Below, in pieces: positions 1 to 9,625 of a stretch of 32,000 nucleotides of DNA (position 1 is the stretch's first letter; each line of letters opens with the position of its first letter). The stretch is taken from assembly GCA_963663995.1 (NCBI GenBank), contig OY760660.1, positions 30,001-62,000 on the forward strand, read 5' to 3'. The notes beneath the pieces are model-generated. The model saw nothing but the letters and a program-made list of their open reading frames with translations, was not told where the DNA came from and did not search any database. This stretch comes from Erysipelotrichaceae bacterium. Its GTDB lineage: Bacteria > Bacillota_I > Bacilli_A > Erysipelotrichales > Erysipelotrichaceae. The position numbers and the translations under genes were made by a program.

Positions 1-208
1 TTTTATGCCAGAATCATTAGACAAAATTCGCTCTATTCGTGAAGAGATAGACAGTCAAGGTTTATCAACGATTTTAGAAGTTGATGGTGGAATCAATGAG
101 GCAACCGCCAAACTCGTTGTTGAAGCTGGTTCGGATTGTTTAGTAGCGGGGTCCTATATTTTTAATAAAAACATTGAAGAAGCTGTAAATTCTTTATGGA
201 ACATTTAG
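1..208 (+). CDS. rpe: ribulose-phosphate 3-epimerase, C-terminal fragment (5' part lies upstream of the window)
   Basis: The frame is open to the window edge. The tail ...LEVDGGINEATAKLVVEAGSDCLVAGSYIF matches the conserved Rpe C-terminus. The rpe-thiN / rpmB arrangement is typical of Bacillota. Confidence 0.85.
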   Translation, partial: FMPESLDKIRSIREEIDSQGLSTILEVDGGINEATAKLVVEAGSDCLVAGSYIFNKNIEEAVNSLWNI

Positions 209-798
209 CCACACTCGTATTAAAAAATGTTGATTTTAAGGCAGAAGGAGATTGTTTCGGTTGTGAAACTGGGACATTAGCCATTATTGATAAGAACTTA
301 CCTTTACAGTGTGCGCTTGGCGATTTTGATTCGATTAGTGCGGCTGACTTAAAACGAATAAAAGAAAAAGCTTTATCGATAGAAACATATTCTTCCCATA
401 AAGATTTTAGTGATAGTGAATTAGCTGTTGATTATCTTGTCCAAAAAGGCTATCAAAACATAAATGTTTATGGTGGACTAGGTGGACGTACTGATCATCA
501 ACATATCAATTTCTTATTAGCGCTTAAATATCCACAAGTCAAATTCATTGATGCAATTCAAGAACTGTATTCATTGTCTGTTGGAGAACATCTTATTGAA
601 AAAGGAAATTATGATGTTTTCTCAATCTTTTCGTTTAAGAAAGCACAAATATCAATAGAGGATTGTGAGTATCCTCTTTCAAAAAAAGACATTGATATAG
701 ATAATACTTTAACGCTTAGTAATGCATGGATTAGTGATTATGCACGATTAACGATTCATGCAGGGAAATGCTTAATCATAAAATGTAAAAATAGATAA
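196..798 (+). CDS. thiN: thiamine pyrophosphokinase
   Basis: 200 aa with GDFDSIS and GGLGGRTDHQHINF motifs typical of TPK. The start overlaps the rpe stop by 13 nt. Confidence 0.8.
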   Translation: MEHLATLVLKNVDFKAEGDCFGCETGTLAIIDKNLPLQCALGDFDSISAADLKRIKEKALSIETYSSHKDFSDSELAVDYLVQKGYQNINVYGGLGGRTDHQHINFLLALKYPQVKFIDAIQELYSLSVGEHLIEKGNYDVFSIFSFKKAQISIEDCEYPLSKKDIDIDNTLTLSNAWISDYARLTIHAGKCLIIKCKNR

Positions 799-824
799 AA
801 AAAAACGGAATCATTTCCGTTTTT
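797..824. terminator. bidirectional rho-independent terminator between thiN and rpmB
   Basis: An A-run, then stem AACGGAA / TTCCGTT (804-810 / 815-821) with loop TCAT, then a T-run. It lies between convergent genes. Confidence 0.6.
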
Positions 825-1014
825 ATCCGTTTTGTTGAGCTTTGAGTGTTTTTAAAGCACGAGCAGATACGCGGATGCGAACTGGTTTGCCATCAACCAT
901 AACTCTAACTTTTTGTAGGTTCACATTCCACTTACGACGTGATGATTGTAAGGAGTGAGAACGCTTATTGCCTGATAAGGCGCCTTTACCACTAACGGCA
1001 CAAACTCTTGACAT
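823..1014 (-). CDS. rpmB: 50S ribosomal protein L28
   Basis: 63 aa, [38 protein letters not shown]..., the canonical L28 sequence. A GGGGG RBS lies upstream. Confidence 0.95.
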   Translation of the reverse strand: MSRVCAVSGKGALSGNKRSHSLQSSRRKWNVNLQKVRVMVDGKPVRIRVSARALKTLKAQQNG

Positions 1015-1125
1015 GTAGAAGACCCCCTTTCAAAGGTTTTATAAAGTGCTTATGAATAATAGCATGTTTAACCATTGAATGCAAGGGTTATAAGTACACT
1101 TTAAGTCATAAATAAAAACTTGCTA

Positions 1126-1134
1126 TGTTATAAT
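1126..1134 (+). promoter_or_regulatory. candidate extended -10 promoter (TGTTATAAT) for ftsA-ftsZ
   Basis: TGnTATAAT lies 26 nt upstream of the ftsA ATG. The -35 element is weak. Confidence 0.35.
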
Positions 1135-1159
1135 TATCTCAATTGAGAGTGAGGGTGAA

Positions 1160-2395
1160 ATGAACGACCAAAACGTCCATGCAGCATTAGAAATTGCGGA
1201 CCATGAAATCCGTTTGGCGATTGGCCAATTTTACAATACTAGACTCAATATTTTAAAAGTAGAAAGAGTTGCATGTTCGGGTGTTTTAGGTACGTATATT
1301 GCTGATCAACAGTCTGTTGTTGATGCGATTAATGCCGCTAAAAAACATGTTAAGGATACCTTAGGGGTTGATTTAAAAAGAGTTATTTTAGCGCTCCCCA
1401 CTTTAAATGCTTCTCGTTATGTTAAACATATTGAACGCAAAATAAATGAGCAAGTTACTTTGAATGATATTAAAGCGATTATGAAAGAAGCATATCATGC
1501 AGATATTCCAGCTCATCAAGAACTTATTAATGCTTTTATAACAAAATCAGTGGTTAATGGAATCACTTTAAGAAGATTACCTATCAATGAATACTGCGAT
1601 TCAATCAATGTTAGTGTTGATTTACTCTGTGCCGATCGTGACTTAGTTTATCGTTATGCACAAACCGTTGAAAAAGCCGGTTTAGAGATCTCTGAAATTT
1701 CATTAGATTCTTATGCTTTTGGTAAAGAAGCTTCTTTATTTGAGAAATCCTTAGAACATCACATTGTCGCTTTAAAGATTGAAAGACAATCTTCTAGCTT
1801 AGCTTTATTTGCCCAAGGGAAAATGAGTAGTAGTGAAGTTTTGGATTTAGGGATGCATCAAATGATTGCTAAACTATCTGAGCAAGCACATTTACCTATT
1901 GATGTCGCTGATCGCTTAATGCATTACAATGTACGTTTTGGTTTAGATCATTATCCAGATACACCAGTCTATTTGTGGTCTAGTGATAAACAAACCCATA
2001 CTTTAAGTGAAAATGATATTTATGAAATCTTAAAGGATGATTTAAGTCTTTGGATTGAAAGTATTCATAAAGCTATTGCACCCATCATTGAACATGGTGA
2101 AACTAAAATGATTCTTTATGGTGAATCGGCTGAAATTAATGGTTTGGTCACAGTTTTAAGTAAACAACTTGGAATAGAGGTTGAACATTATATTCCCGAA
2201 ACTTTAGGCATTCGTTATAGCGCAATGAGTACTGTGGCTGGTTTATTCTATGTCTTAAAAGATCAAAGTCGTTTAAGGGATTTCGATCCAGCGATTAGTA
2301 TGATTGATTATGAAAATTTAGTTATGAGTAAAAACGATATACATGAAGATACCCTTTCTGGAAAATTTAAAGGGTTATTTGAAAGAAGAGGGTAA
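1160..2395 (+). CDS. ftsA: cell division protein FtsA (actin-like ATPase)
   Basis: 411 aa, immediately upstream of ftsZ. The length and layout fit the FtsA/actin fold, and a GAGGGTGA RBS is present. The sequence is divergent, so the call rests largely on synteny. Confidence 0.8.
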   Translation: MNDQNVHAALEIADHEIRLAIGQFYNTRLNILKVERVACSGVLGTYIADQQSVVDAINAAKKHVKDTLGVDLKRVILALPTLNASRYVKHIERKINEQVTLNDIKAIMKEAYHADIPAHQELINAFITKSVVNGITLRRLPINEYCDSINVSVDLLCADRDLVYRYAQTVEKAGLEISEISLDSYAFGKEASLFEKSLEHHIVALKIERQSSSLALFAQGKMSSSEVLDLGMHQMIAKLSEQAHLPIDVADRLMHYNVRFGLDHYPDTPVYLWSSDKQTHTLSENDIYEILKDDLSLWIESIHKAIAPIIEHGETKMILYGESAEINGLVTVLSKQLGIEVEHYIPETLGIRYSAMSTVAGLFYVLKDQSRLRDFDPAISMIDYENLVMSKNDIHEDTLSGKFKGLFERRG

Positions 2396-2406
2396 AGGAG
2401 AGTTGT

Positions 2407-3480
2407 ATGAGTGAATTAACGTACAATCAAGTTGCTAAAATTAAAGTATTCGGTATCGGTGGTGCCGGATGTAATGCGGTTAACCGTATGGTTGAAGAAG
2501 ATGTTCAAGGTGTAGAGTTCTATGTCGTGAACACAGACCTTCAAGTTTTAAATATTTCAAAAGCTAAAAACAAATTAATTTTGGGCGAAGAAACGACCAA
2601 AGGTTTAGGGGCTGGAGCTGATCCTGAAGTAGGATTAAAAGCAGCTCAAGAAAGTGAAGATTCAATTCGTGAAGCGATGAAGGGTGCTGATATGGTATTC
2701 CTTACTGCCGGTCTTGGTGGGGGTACTGGAACAGGTGCTGCACCACTTTTTGCGAAAATCGCAAGAGAGAATGACATCTTAACGATTGGAATTGTCACAA
2801 AACCATTTAGTTTTGAAGGACGTAAACGGATGGATCAAGCTTTACGTGGTTTAGAAGAACTACGTGAAAACGTTGATTCCTTAATTATTGTTTCCAATAA
2901 TCAACTTTTAGAAGTGATTGGCCGTATTCCTTTTGTCGAAGCGTTTAGAGAAGCTGATAATGTATTACGTCAAGGTGTACAAACCATTACTGACTTAATT
3001 GCTGTGCCAGCGATGATTAACTTAGATTTTGCTGACGTACGTAATGTTATGCGTGGTCAAGGTTCTGCTTTAATTGGTATCGGCTTAGCGCAAGGTGACA
3101 ATAAAGCACAAGAAGCAGCTGCACGTGCGATTACTTCACCTTTACTTGAAGCGCAAATTCATGGGGCTCGTAAAGCAATCGTAAATATTACGGGTGGTGA
3201 AAGCATTACGCTATTTGATGCGGATGATGCTGTTGGCTTTATTCGTGAAGCTGCGGGTGAAGAAATCGATATTATCTTTGGGGTTGCGATTAATGAAACG
3301 TTAGAAGATAAGATCATCGTAACAGTTATTGCGACAGGCTTTGATCTACCGCAAGAACATAGATCTTATAAACCAATTAGTGATGCGAAAAATGTATCAG
3401 AAAGTTTAGAGAAAGATGCACATTCATCGCTAAAGGATGATGAAAGTGATATCCCAGGATTCTTCAAATCAAGAGGCTAG
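2407..3480 (+). CDS. ftsZ: cell division protein FtsZ
   Basis: 357 aa with GIGGAGCNAVNRM, the tubulin signature GGGTGTGAAP, and NTD..L. An AAGGAG RBS is present. Confidence 0.97.
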   Translation: MSELTYNQVAKIKVFGIGGAGCNAVNRMVEEDVQGVEFYVVNTDLQVLNISKAKNKLILGEETTKGLGAGADPEVGLKAAQESEDSIREAMKGADMVFLTAGLGGGTGTGAAPLFAKIARENDILTIGIVTKPFSFEGRKRMDQALRGLEELRENVDSLIIVSNNQLLEVIGRIPFVEAFREADNVLRQGVQTITDLIAVPAMINLDFADVRNVMRGQGSALIGIGLAQGDNKAQEAAARAITSPLLEAQIHGARKAIVNITGGESITLFDADDAVGFIREAAGEEIDIIFGVAINETLEDKIIVTVIATGFDLPQEHRSYKPISDAKNVSESLEKDAHSSLKDDESDIPGFFKSRG

Positions 3481-3500
3481 CCAATGGCTAGTTTCTTTTT
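3476..3500 (+). terminator. terminator after ftsZ
   Basis: Stem CTAGCC / GGCTAG (3477-3482 / 3486-3491) overlaps the stop codon and is followed by TTTCTTTTT. Confidence 0.45.
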
Positions 3501-3526
3501 GAATTAAAGATATTCTCTTTTATAAT
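3499..3526 (+). promoter_or_regulatory. sigma-70-type promoter TTGAAT-N16-TATAAT, placed for a leaderless transcript of the GNAT gene
   Basis: The -10 hexamer ends 6 nt before the ATG at 3533, and there is no Shine-Dalgarno sequence in between. Confidence 0.4.
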
Positions 3527-3532
3527 AGAACT

Positions 3533-4318
3533 ATGATTAAACACGTAAATAATGAGTATAAAGAAAAAGTATTAAGTATTTTAAAAGACGATCCTTCACG
3601 TTCACTTTTTGTGACCGGTGATATTTTAAGCTATGGGATGAGAAATGATTTTCAGGATGTCTATGTTGATGAAGATGAAAATGGGATACATGGCATTTAT
3701 CTACGCTATCGTAATAGTTTAGTTTTTTATGTTAATGATTGTGTTGTAGATGAAGCAGGCGTATTAGCTTTAATTGAAGATCCTAAAACTGAATTAGTTA
3801 GTTCAGTGCGATCACATATTGAAAAATTACCCAAATATATTCAAGATAAAATCAGTCAAAGAGATACCTATCTTTGTGAGTGTAAACAATTAAAAGGTAA
3901 AATCACAAATGCCATAAAAGCCACAGCAGCTGATGCTGAAGGTATTATCGATGGTTTATTAAGTATCGAAGAATTTAGTGGCGATTCACGTCCTCGTGAA
4001 GAGAAAATTGAAGATTTAAAACGAGAATTATCTGAAAATGATAAAGCTAATTTTGTAATTTATGAAGATGGTAAAATTGTCGCTAGTGCAAGCGCAACGG
4101 CGCGCAGTAATGTAGGCATCATGATTGTCGGTGTTTATACCTTGAAAGACTATCGACAAAGAGGTTATGCGCGCGATGTTGTCTCTGCGATTACAGATTG
4201 GGCGTTAAAAGAAGGATTAATACCTTGTCTTTTTTATGATAATCCAAATGCAGGTAAGCTTTATCATGATTTAGGTTATCAAACGATAGATACATGGGTA
4301 ATGGGTAGAAAAATATGA
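3533..4318 (+). CDS. GNAT family N-acetyltransferase
   Basis: 261 aa. The C-terminal half has the acetyl-CoA motif (YRQRGYARDVVSAITDWALKEG) of the GNAT fold. Confidence 0.6.
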   Translation: MIKHVNNEYKEKVLSILKDDPSRSLFVTGDILSYGMRNDFQDVYVDEDENGIHGIYLRYRNSLVFYVNDCVVDEAGVLALIEDPKTELVSSVRSHIEKLPKYIQDKISQRDTYLCECKQLKGKITNAIKATAADAEGIIDGLLSIEEFSGDSRPREEKIEDLKRELSENDKANFVIYEDGKIVASASATARSNVGIMIVGVYTLKDYRQRGYARDVVSAITDWALKEGLIPCLFYDNPNAGKLYHDLGYQTIDTWVMGRKI

Positions 4319-6162
4319 GAATCGCAATGGCGCAAATGCGCACTAAAGCAGGTTATATTGATGACAATATAAAAACAATGAAACGTATGATTGATCAGGC
4401 ACGTGAAAGTAAAGCTGAATTAATTGTTTTTCCAGAAATGTGCATCAGTGGTTATCTTATCTCTGATAAATACCTCCAAAAAGGTTTTGTGGAAGAAATT
4501 ATTAATGCGAATGAAGTGATTAAGGATTATTCACAAGGTATTGGCGTTATTTGGGGTAATCTTGGCGTTGATTTTGATTATAAGAATCGTGATGGAAGAT
4601 ATGAACGGCGTAATCAAGCGTTTTTTGCCTATGAAGGACAATGGGTAAAAGCACAACATAATTGGCATGATGGTATCTATGTTAAACATGGCTTACCTGA
4701 TTATCGTATTTTTGATGATTCACGTTATTTTAAAAGTGGGATAGATGTTTCTTTAGAACATGGAAGTGATGAAACAGCTTTAATTGAACCTTTTATTTTT
4801 AAAGGTAGACGGATTGGTTTAGAAGTTTGTGAAGATTTATGGAGTTTGGACTATCGTTTAGATCCAACTTCGATTTATATTAAAAAGGGTGTTGATTTCA
4901 TAGTGAATATCTCAAGCTCACCCTGGACATTAAATAAAGAGAATTCACGCAATAAACGCATCCTAGAGCACGTTTCTAACCATAAGGATAAAATGGTTCC
5001 ACTTTGTTATGTGAACGTTGTTGGGGCTCAAAACAACGGTAAGAACCTAATGTTATTTGATGGTGGATCTACTTTGTTTGGTAAAGATGGTTCAGTGATG
5101 AGTGCATGTAATGATGCTTTTAAAGAAGAATTGAAAATCATTGAACTTGATCAAAATGAAAATGTCCAAAAAACAAAATATAAACTTCTCAAAGGACTTA
5201 TTTCTGGTATTAAAGCCTTTGATGAAGAAATTCTAGGAAAACGTAATTGGGTCATTGGTTTATCTGGGGGTATTGATTCATCTGTTAATGCAGCACTATT
5301 GGTTATGGCTTTAGGTCAAGAGCGTGTTTTTGGCTACAATATGGCGAGTAAATATAATAGTTTACAAACTAAGAATGCTGCCAAACATTTAGCAAAGAAA
5401 TTAGGTATTTCTTATGCTCAAGGCAGCATTGAAGATTTAGTAAAGAGCACACATGATACTTTAAATGACTATGGTTTTGAGACAGTTGATCATGGATTAA
5501 ATGCTGAAAATATCCAAGCGCGTTTAAGAGGGCATTTACTTTCAAGTTTTGCGTCTTTAAAATCAGGTGTCATTTGTAATAATGGAAATAAAGTGGAGTT
5601 AGCCTTAGGTTATGCGACGTTATATGGCGACACAATTGGTGCATTAAGTCCGATTGGAGATTTAACTAAAGTCCAAATTTTTGAACTAGCTAAAGAAATA
5701 AATGAAGTATATGCTGATGAAATTATTCCACGTGAACTCATTCCCGAACTAATTCATCATAAATATGTGTTTAAACTAGCTCCTTCAGCTGAATTAAAAG
5801 ATGCCCAAATTGATCCAATGAAATGGGGCTATCATGACTTTTTAGTTCAATATCTCATGCAATATCCATCACACAGTATGCATGATGTATTAGATTTCTA
5901 TGAGTCATGTGCATGGGAAAAGAGTGAAGTGGCAGATATTATGCGTGCCTATGGTTTAGATGATGCGAAAACCTTTATAGCTGATTTAAGATGGTTTATG
6001 AGAGCTTTCCATTTAGCTATTTTTAAACGCATACAATTTCCACCTATCATTGCATTATCAAGAGCTGCATTTGGCTATGACTTTAGAGAAAGTCAAATGT
6101 CTTATCTAGAAAATGATATGATTAAAGCACAAATACAAAGAATTTTAGAAAAAGGAGAGTAA
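4315..6162 (+). CDS. nadE: glutamine-dependent NAD+ synthetase (N-terminal CN-hydrolase domain plus PP-loop synthetase domain)
   Basis: 615 aa with nitrilase-type motifs (FPEMCISGY, EVCEDLW) followed by the PP-loop SGGIDSS. The start overlaps the upstream stop as ATGA. Confidence 0.9.
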   Translation: MRIAMAQMRTKAGYIDDNIKTMKRMIDQARESKAELIVFPEMCISGYLISDKYLQKGFVEEIINANEVIKDYSQGIGVIWGNLGVDFDYKNRDGRYERRNQAFFAYEGQWVKAQHNWHDGIYVKHGLPDYRIFDDSRYFKSGIDVSLEHGSDETALIEPFIFKGRRIGLEVCEDLWSLDYRLDPTSIYIKKGVDFIVNISSSPWTLNKENSRNKRILEHVSNHKDKMVPLCYVNVVGAQNNGKNLMLFDGGSTLFGKDGSVMSACNDAFKEELKIIELDQNENVQKTKYKLLKGLISGIKAFDEEILGKRNWVIGLSGGIDSSVNAALLVMALGQERVFGYNMASKYNSLQTKNAAKHLAKKLGISYAQGSIEDLVKSTHDTLNDYGFETVDHGLNAENIQARLRGHLLSSFASLKSGVICNNGNKVELALGYATLYGDTIGALSPIGDLTKVQIFELAKEINEVYADEIIPRELIPELIHHKYVFKLAPSAELKDAQIDPMKWGYHDFLVQYLMQYPSHSMHDVLDFYESCAWEKSEVADIMRAYGLDDAKTFIADLRWFMRAFHLAIFKRIQFPPIIALSRAAFGYDFRESQMSYLENDMIKAQIQRILEKGE

Positions 6163-6164
6163 AC

Positions 6165-7313
6165 ATGAGAAATTGGAAAGAAATGCCAGTTATTAAAAGT
6201 GCATTATCGATTATTTTTGCAGGAATCGTCTTAATTACTGTTTACTTCACTTTTTTGAATTTTGAAACATTTAAAGGAGTCATCGCTACTTTTTTTGGGA
6301 TTATTTCACCTTTTGTTTACGGTAGTTTCATTGCTTTTCTCATAAGTCCTCTTGTTCATTGGTTTGAATTTAGAGCTTTGTCAATTTTAAAGATGAAACA
6401 AAAAACAAAACATATTATTTCTGTGTTAATGACACTAGTTGTCGTCATTGAAATCATTGTTTTATTTATTTCCGTTTTACTTCCACAATTTGTTGGTTCG
6501 ATTGCAAATATTTCGAATAGTTTCCCTGATTATTTAGAAAGTTTTAATCAATACATTGCACCATGGTTAGCGGACTTTATACCTGATCAAACGATTATTC
6601 TTAACTTCTTAAATTCGTCTTCTGATTTAGTTCAACGAATTGTTACATTACTAAGAGATTATGTGCCTAATATTGTTGATTTCTCGATTAGTATTTCTAA
6701 AGGGATCTTTAACGGAATATTAGCTATTGTTATTGCGATTTATATTCTTTTAGATGAAGAAGGTTTTACCCATCAACTTCAACGCTTTGTAAATGCTTAT
6801 TTTGGTGCAAAAGTGGGTGAAGATATTAATGCTTTATTAAATCTAACCAGCTTTATGTTGCATCGTTTTATTTTGGGTAAAGCGTTTAACTCAGTTATTT
6901 TAGGTATTGGTATGTATATCACGATGTTAATTATTGATATTCCATTCCCAGTCTTTTTATCTACGATTTTTGGGGTAACCAATATGATTCCATTCTTTGG
7001 ACCATTTATTGGTGGTGCTTTTGGCGTAATCATTCTCTTGCTTCAAGATCCAATGCAAGCCGTCTGGTTCTTAGCAATTGTTTTAATTCTTCAACAAATT
7101 GAAGGATCCATTTTATCTCCACTTGTTTTAGGTGATTCAATGGGACTTCCGGGTATTTGGGTTTTCTTTGCGATTATTGTGGGTGGCGGATACTTTGGTG
7201 TAGCTGGCATGTTCTTAGGTGTTCCAATCTTTGCCGTTCTTTATTTACTTCTACAACGGAGTATGGATATTCGTTTAGCTGAAAATGAAATGACTGAACA
7301 TAAAGAGCCTTAG
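6165..7313 (+). CDS. AI-2E family transporter (PerM/YhhT-like permease)
   Basis: 382 aa polytopic membrane protein with the conserved C-terminal block LQQIEGSILSPLVLGDSMGLPGIWVFFAIIVGG. Confidence 0.85.
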   Translation: MRNWKEMPVIKSALSIIFAGIVLITVYFTFLNFETFKGVIATFFGIISPFVYGSFIAFLISPLVHWFEFRALSILKMKQKTKHIISVLMTLVVVIEIIVLFISVLLPQFVGSIANISNSFPDYLESFNQYIAPWLADFIPDQTIILNFLNSSSDLVQRIVTLLRDYVPNIVDFSISISKGIFNGILAIVIAIYILLDEEGFTHQLQRFVNAYFGAKVGEDINALLNLTSFMLHRFILGKAFNSVILGIGMYITMLIIDIPFPVFLSTIFGVTNMIPFFGPFIGGAFGVIILLLQDPMQAVWFLAIVLILQQIEGSILSPLVLGDSMGLPGIWVFFAIIVGGGYFGVAGMFLGVPIFAVLYLLLQRSMDIRLAENEMTEHKEP

Positions 7314-7324
7314 GCTCTTTTTTT
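7302..7324 (+). terminator. terminator of the AI-2E transporter gene
   Basis: AAAGAGCC TTA GGCTCTTT hairpin spanning the stop codon, followed by a T-run. Confidence 0.5.
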
Positions 7325-7340
7325 AATCACTAAGCATCAT

Positions 7341-7364
7341 AAAAAAGAACCCGAAGGTTCTTTT
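7341..7364. terminator. bidirectional terminator (serves glnN on the minus strand)
   Basis: AAAAGAACC CGAA GGTTCTTTT, with an A-run on one side and a T-run on the other. It lies 13 nt beyond the glnN stop. Confidence 0.55.
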
Positions 7365-7376
7365 AGTTTGACTTAA

Positions 7377-9446
7377 TTAGTCTTGTCTCCACCACATATC
7401 AGTGTATGTAGGAATTGGATATGCATCTTCAGGAAGAAGTTCTTCAACCATGTCTACATCAATTCTTAAATCATCAAGAGCTGGTAGTAGGACTGTACGG
7501 TGTTTAACAGATTCTGATTTTAAATTATGATCTGCAGTTAAATCAGCAAGCACTTTCTTAACTGCTTCAACTTTAACTTCAATCTTATCTAATGTTGCTT
7601 CTAAAGCAGCAAATTTCTTATCAGCAAGTTTGATGCCTTTCATTGAAGCAAGTACACCTAAGTAATCAAGTGCTGCTGGAACGATAACTTTTTCAGTCAT
7701 ACGTAACATTGTTTTTGCTTCAACTTGCATTGTTTTAGCATAGATTTCATAGAGAACTTCTGCACGAGCATCAAGTTCAGCTTTATTGAAGATACCGTTG
7801 CTTTCGAAGAGTTTAACTGAACGATCAGCATTTAAGTATTCAACAGATTCTACGAAAGATTTAATGTTTGGTAGTCCACGTTTTTCAGCTTCAGCAACCC
7901 ATGCATCAGCATAGCCGTCGCCTGAGAAGAGTACGCGACCGTGTTCAGCAATAATTTCAGTAACGATTTTTAATGCTTCTTCACGAACATCTTGTAGATA
8001 TTTGATTGGTTCTAAACGATCAGCAATTTCTTTTAGTGTTTCAGCTAAGATTGTTGAAATAACTGTTGCACTGAGTGATCCAGATACGCTTGAACCTAAC
8101 ATACGGAATTCAAATTTGTTTCCTGTGAAAGCAAATGGTGAAGTACGGTTACGGTCTGTGTTGTCTTTTGGTAAGTAAGATAGGTTACTTAAGACAGTTG
8201 AAGTTGTTGAACCAATTTCAATTTCAGCACGGTTTTTATCAACTAAGCTTAATAGGATGTGTTCAATGATTTCACCCATGTAAACTGAGATAATTGCTGG
8301 AGGAGCTTCGTTAGCACCTAGACGGTGATCGTTACCTGCAGAAGATGCAGCTAAACGTAAAATTTCTGGGTGTTTATCAATCGCTTTGATACATGCCGCA
8401 ACAAATGTTAAGAAACGTACGTTTTCACTTGGTTTTTCACCTGGTTCTAATAAGTTTTGACCATCGTCAGTACTTAATGACCAGTTATTGTGTTTACCAG
8501 AACCATTGATTGTAGCAAATGGTTTTTCGTGTAATAAGCAAGCTAAGTCATGTTTCTTAGCAGTTTTACGTAAGACGTCCATCATAATTTGGTTTTGATC
8601 GACAGCAACGTTTGCTTCATCATAGATAGATGAAATTTCGAATTGTGCAGGAGCAACTTCGTTATGTTCAACGAAAGCATAGATACCTAAACGCCATAAT
8701 TCTTCATTAACATCATTCATGTATTCTTGGATTTTTGTTTCGATTGATCCGAAATAGTGATCATCAAACTCTTGACCTTTAGGAGCAGGTGTACCCATTA
8801 AAGTACGTCCAGCTAATAATAAGTCTTCACGAGCTGTGAAATAATCGTAATCAATTAAGAAATATTCTTGTTCAAGACCCATCATCATTTTGACAGTCTT
8901 AACTTGTTTATCACCTAAAGCATTAACAACACGTGTTGCTTGTTCACTCATTACATCAAGAGCTCTGAGTAATGGTGCTTTTTGGTCGAGTGGTTCGCCT
9001 GTATATGAAACGAAGATTGATGGAATGCATAATACTTTCTCACGGATAAATGCTGGTGAGCTAATATCCCAGTAGGTATAACCACGTGCTTCGAATGTTG
9101 CACGTAAGCCTCCACTTGGGAAAGATGAACCATCTGTTTCACCTTTAATTAATGTTTTGCCACTAAAGTGGGCAACTGGTTTACCATCTTCACGAGATAC
9201 AAATGCATCATGTTTTTCAGCAGTTGAACCTGTTAATGGTTGGAACCAGTGAGTAAAATGAGTTGCACCGTGGCTAATTGCCCATACTTTCATCGCGTGC
9301 GCAATTGCATCAGCTGTAGTACGGTCTAATGGTTGTTCTTTTGCTACCGCAGTTTTCCAAGCTTTAAATACTGGAGACGGTAGACTTTCTTGCATATTGG
9401 ACTCACCAAACTGGTAAATCCCAAATTCATCAAATGGATGTGACAT
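7377..9446 (-). CDS. glnN: glutamine synthetase, type III (GlnN-type, about 690 aa)
   Basis: 689 aa. The N-terminus ...AHAMKVWAISHGATHFTHWFQPLTGSTAEKHDAF and the central NGSGKHNNWS block are characteristic of GS-III. A GGAGG RBS is present. Confidence 0.9.
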   Translation of the reverse strand: MSHPFDEFGIYQFGESNMQESLPSPVFKAWKTAVAKEQPLDRTTADAIAHAMKVWAISHGATHFTHWFQPLTGSTAEKHDAFVSREDGKPVAHFSGKTLIKGETDGSSFPSGGLRATFEARGYTYWDISSPAFIREKVLCIPSIFVSYTGEPLDQKAPLLRALDVMSEQATRVVNALGDKQVKTVKMMMGLEQEYFLIDYDYFTAREDLLLAGRTLMGTPAPKGQEFDDHYFGSIETKIQEYMNDVNEELWRLGIYAFVEHNEVAPAQFEISSIYDEANVAVDQNQIMMDVLRKTAKKHDLACLLHEKPFATINGSGKHNNWSLSTDDGQNLLEPGEKPSENVRFLTFVAACIKAIDKHPEILRLAASSAGNDHRLGANEAPPAIISVYMGEIIEHILLSLVDKNRAEIEIGSTTSTVLSNLSYLPKDNTDRNRTSPFAFTGNKFEFRMLGSSVSGSLSATVISTILAETLKEIADRLEPIKYLQDVREEALKIVTEIIAEHGRVLFSGDGYADAWVAEAEKRGLPNIKSFVESVEYLNADRSVKLFESNGIFNKAELDARAEVLYEIYAKTMQVEAKTMLRMTEKVIVPAALDYLGVLASMKGIKLADKKFAALEATLDKIEVKVEAVKKVLADLTADHNLKSESVKHRTVLLPALDDLRIDVDMVEELLPEDAYPIPTYTDMWWRQD

Positions 9447-9625
9447 CGTTTTTTTCCTCCAAACTTATGATTATTTTATGATAAATTTAAGAAAAGTAAA
9501 GGAAAACTTGATTTTCTTTCTGAAAATAAATGAAAAAAATTGAAATAATGATTAAAATTGAAAAATTAAATTTCCTTTAATATATTAAGGATACAAAAAA
9601 TGACTTTTTTTCAAAGTTTCAATCG

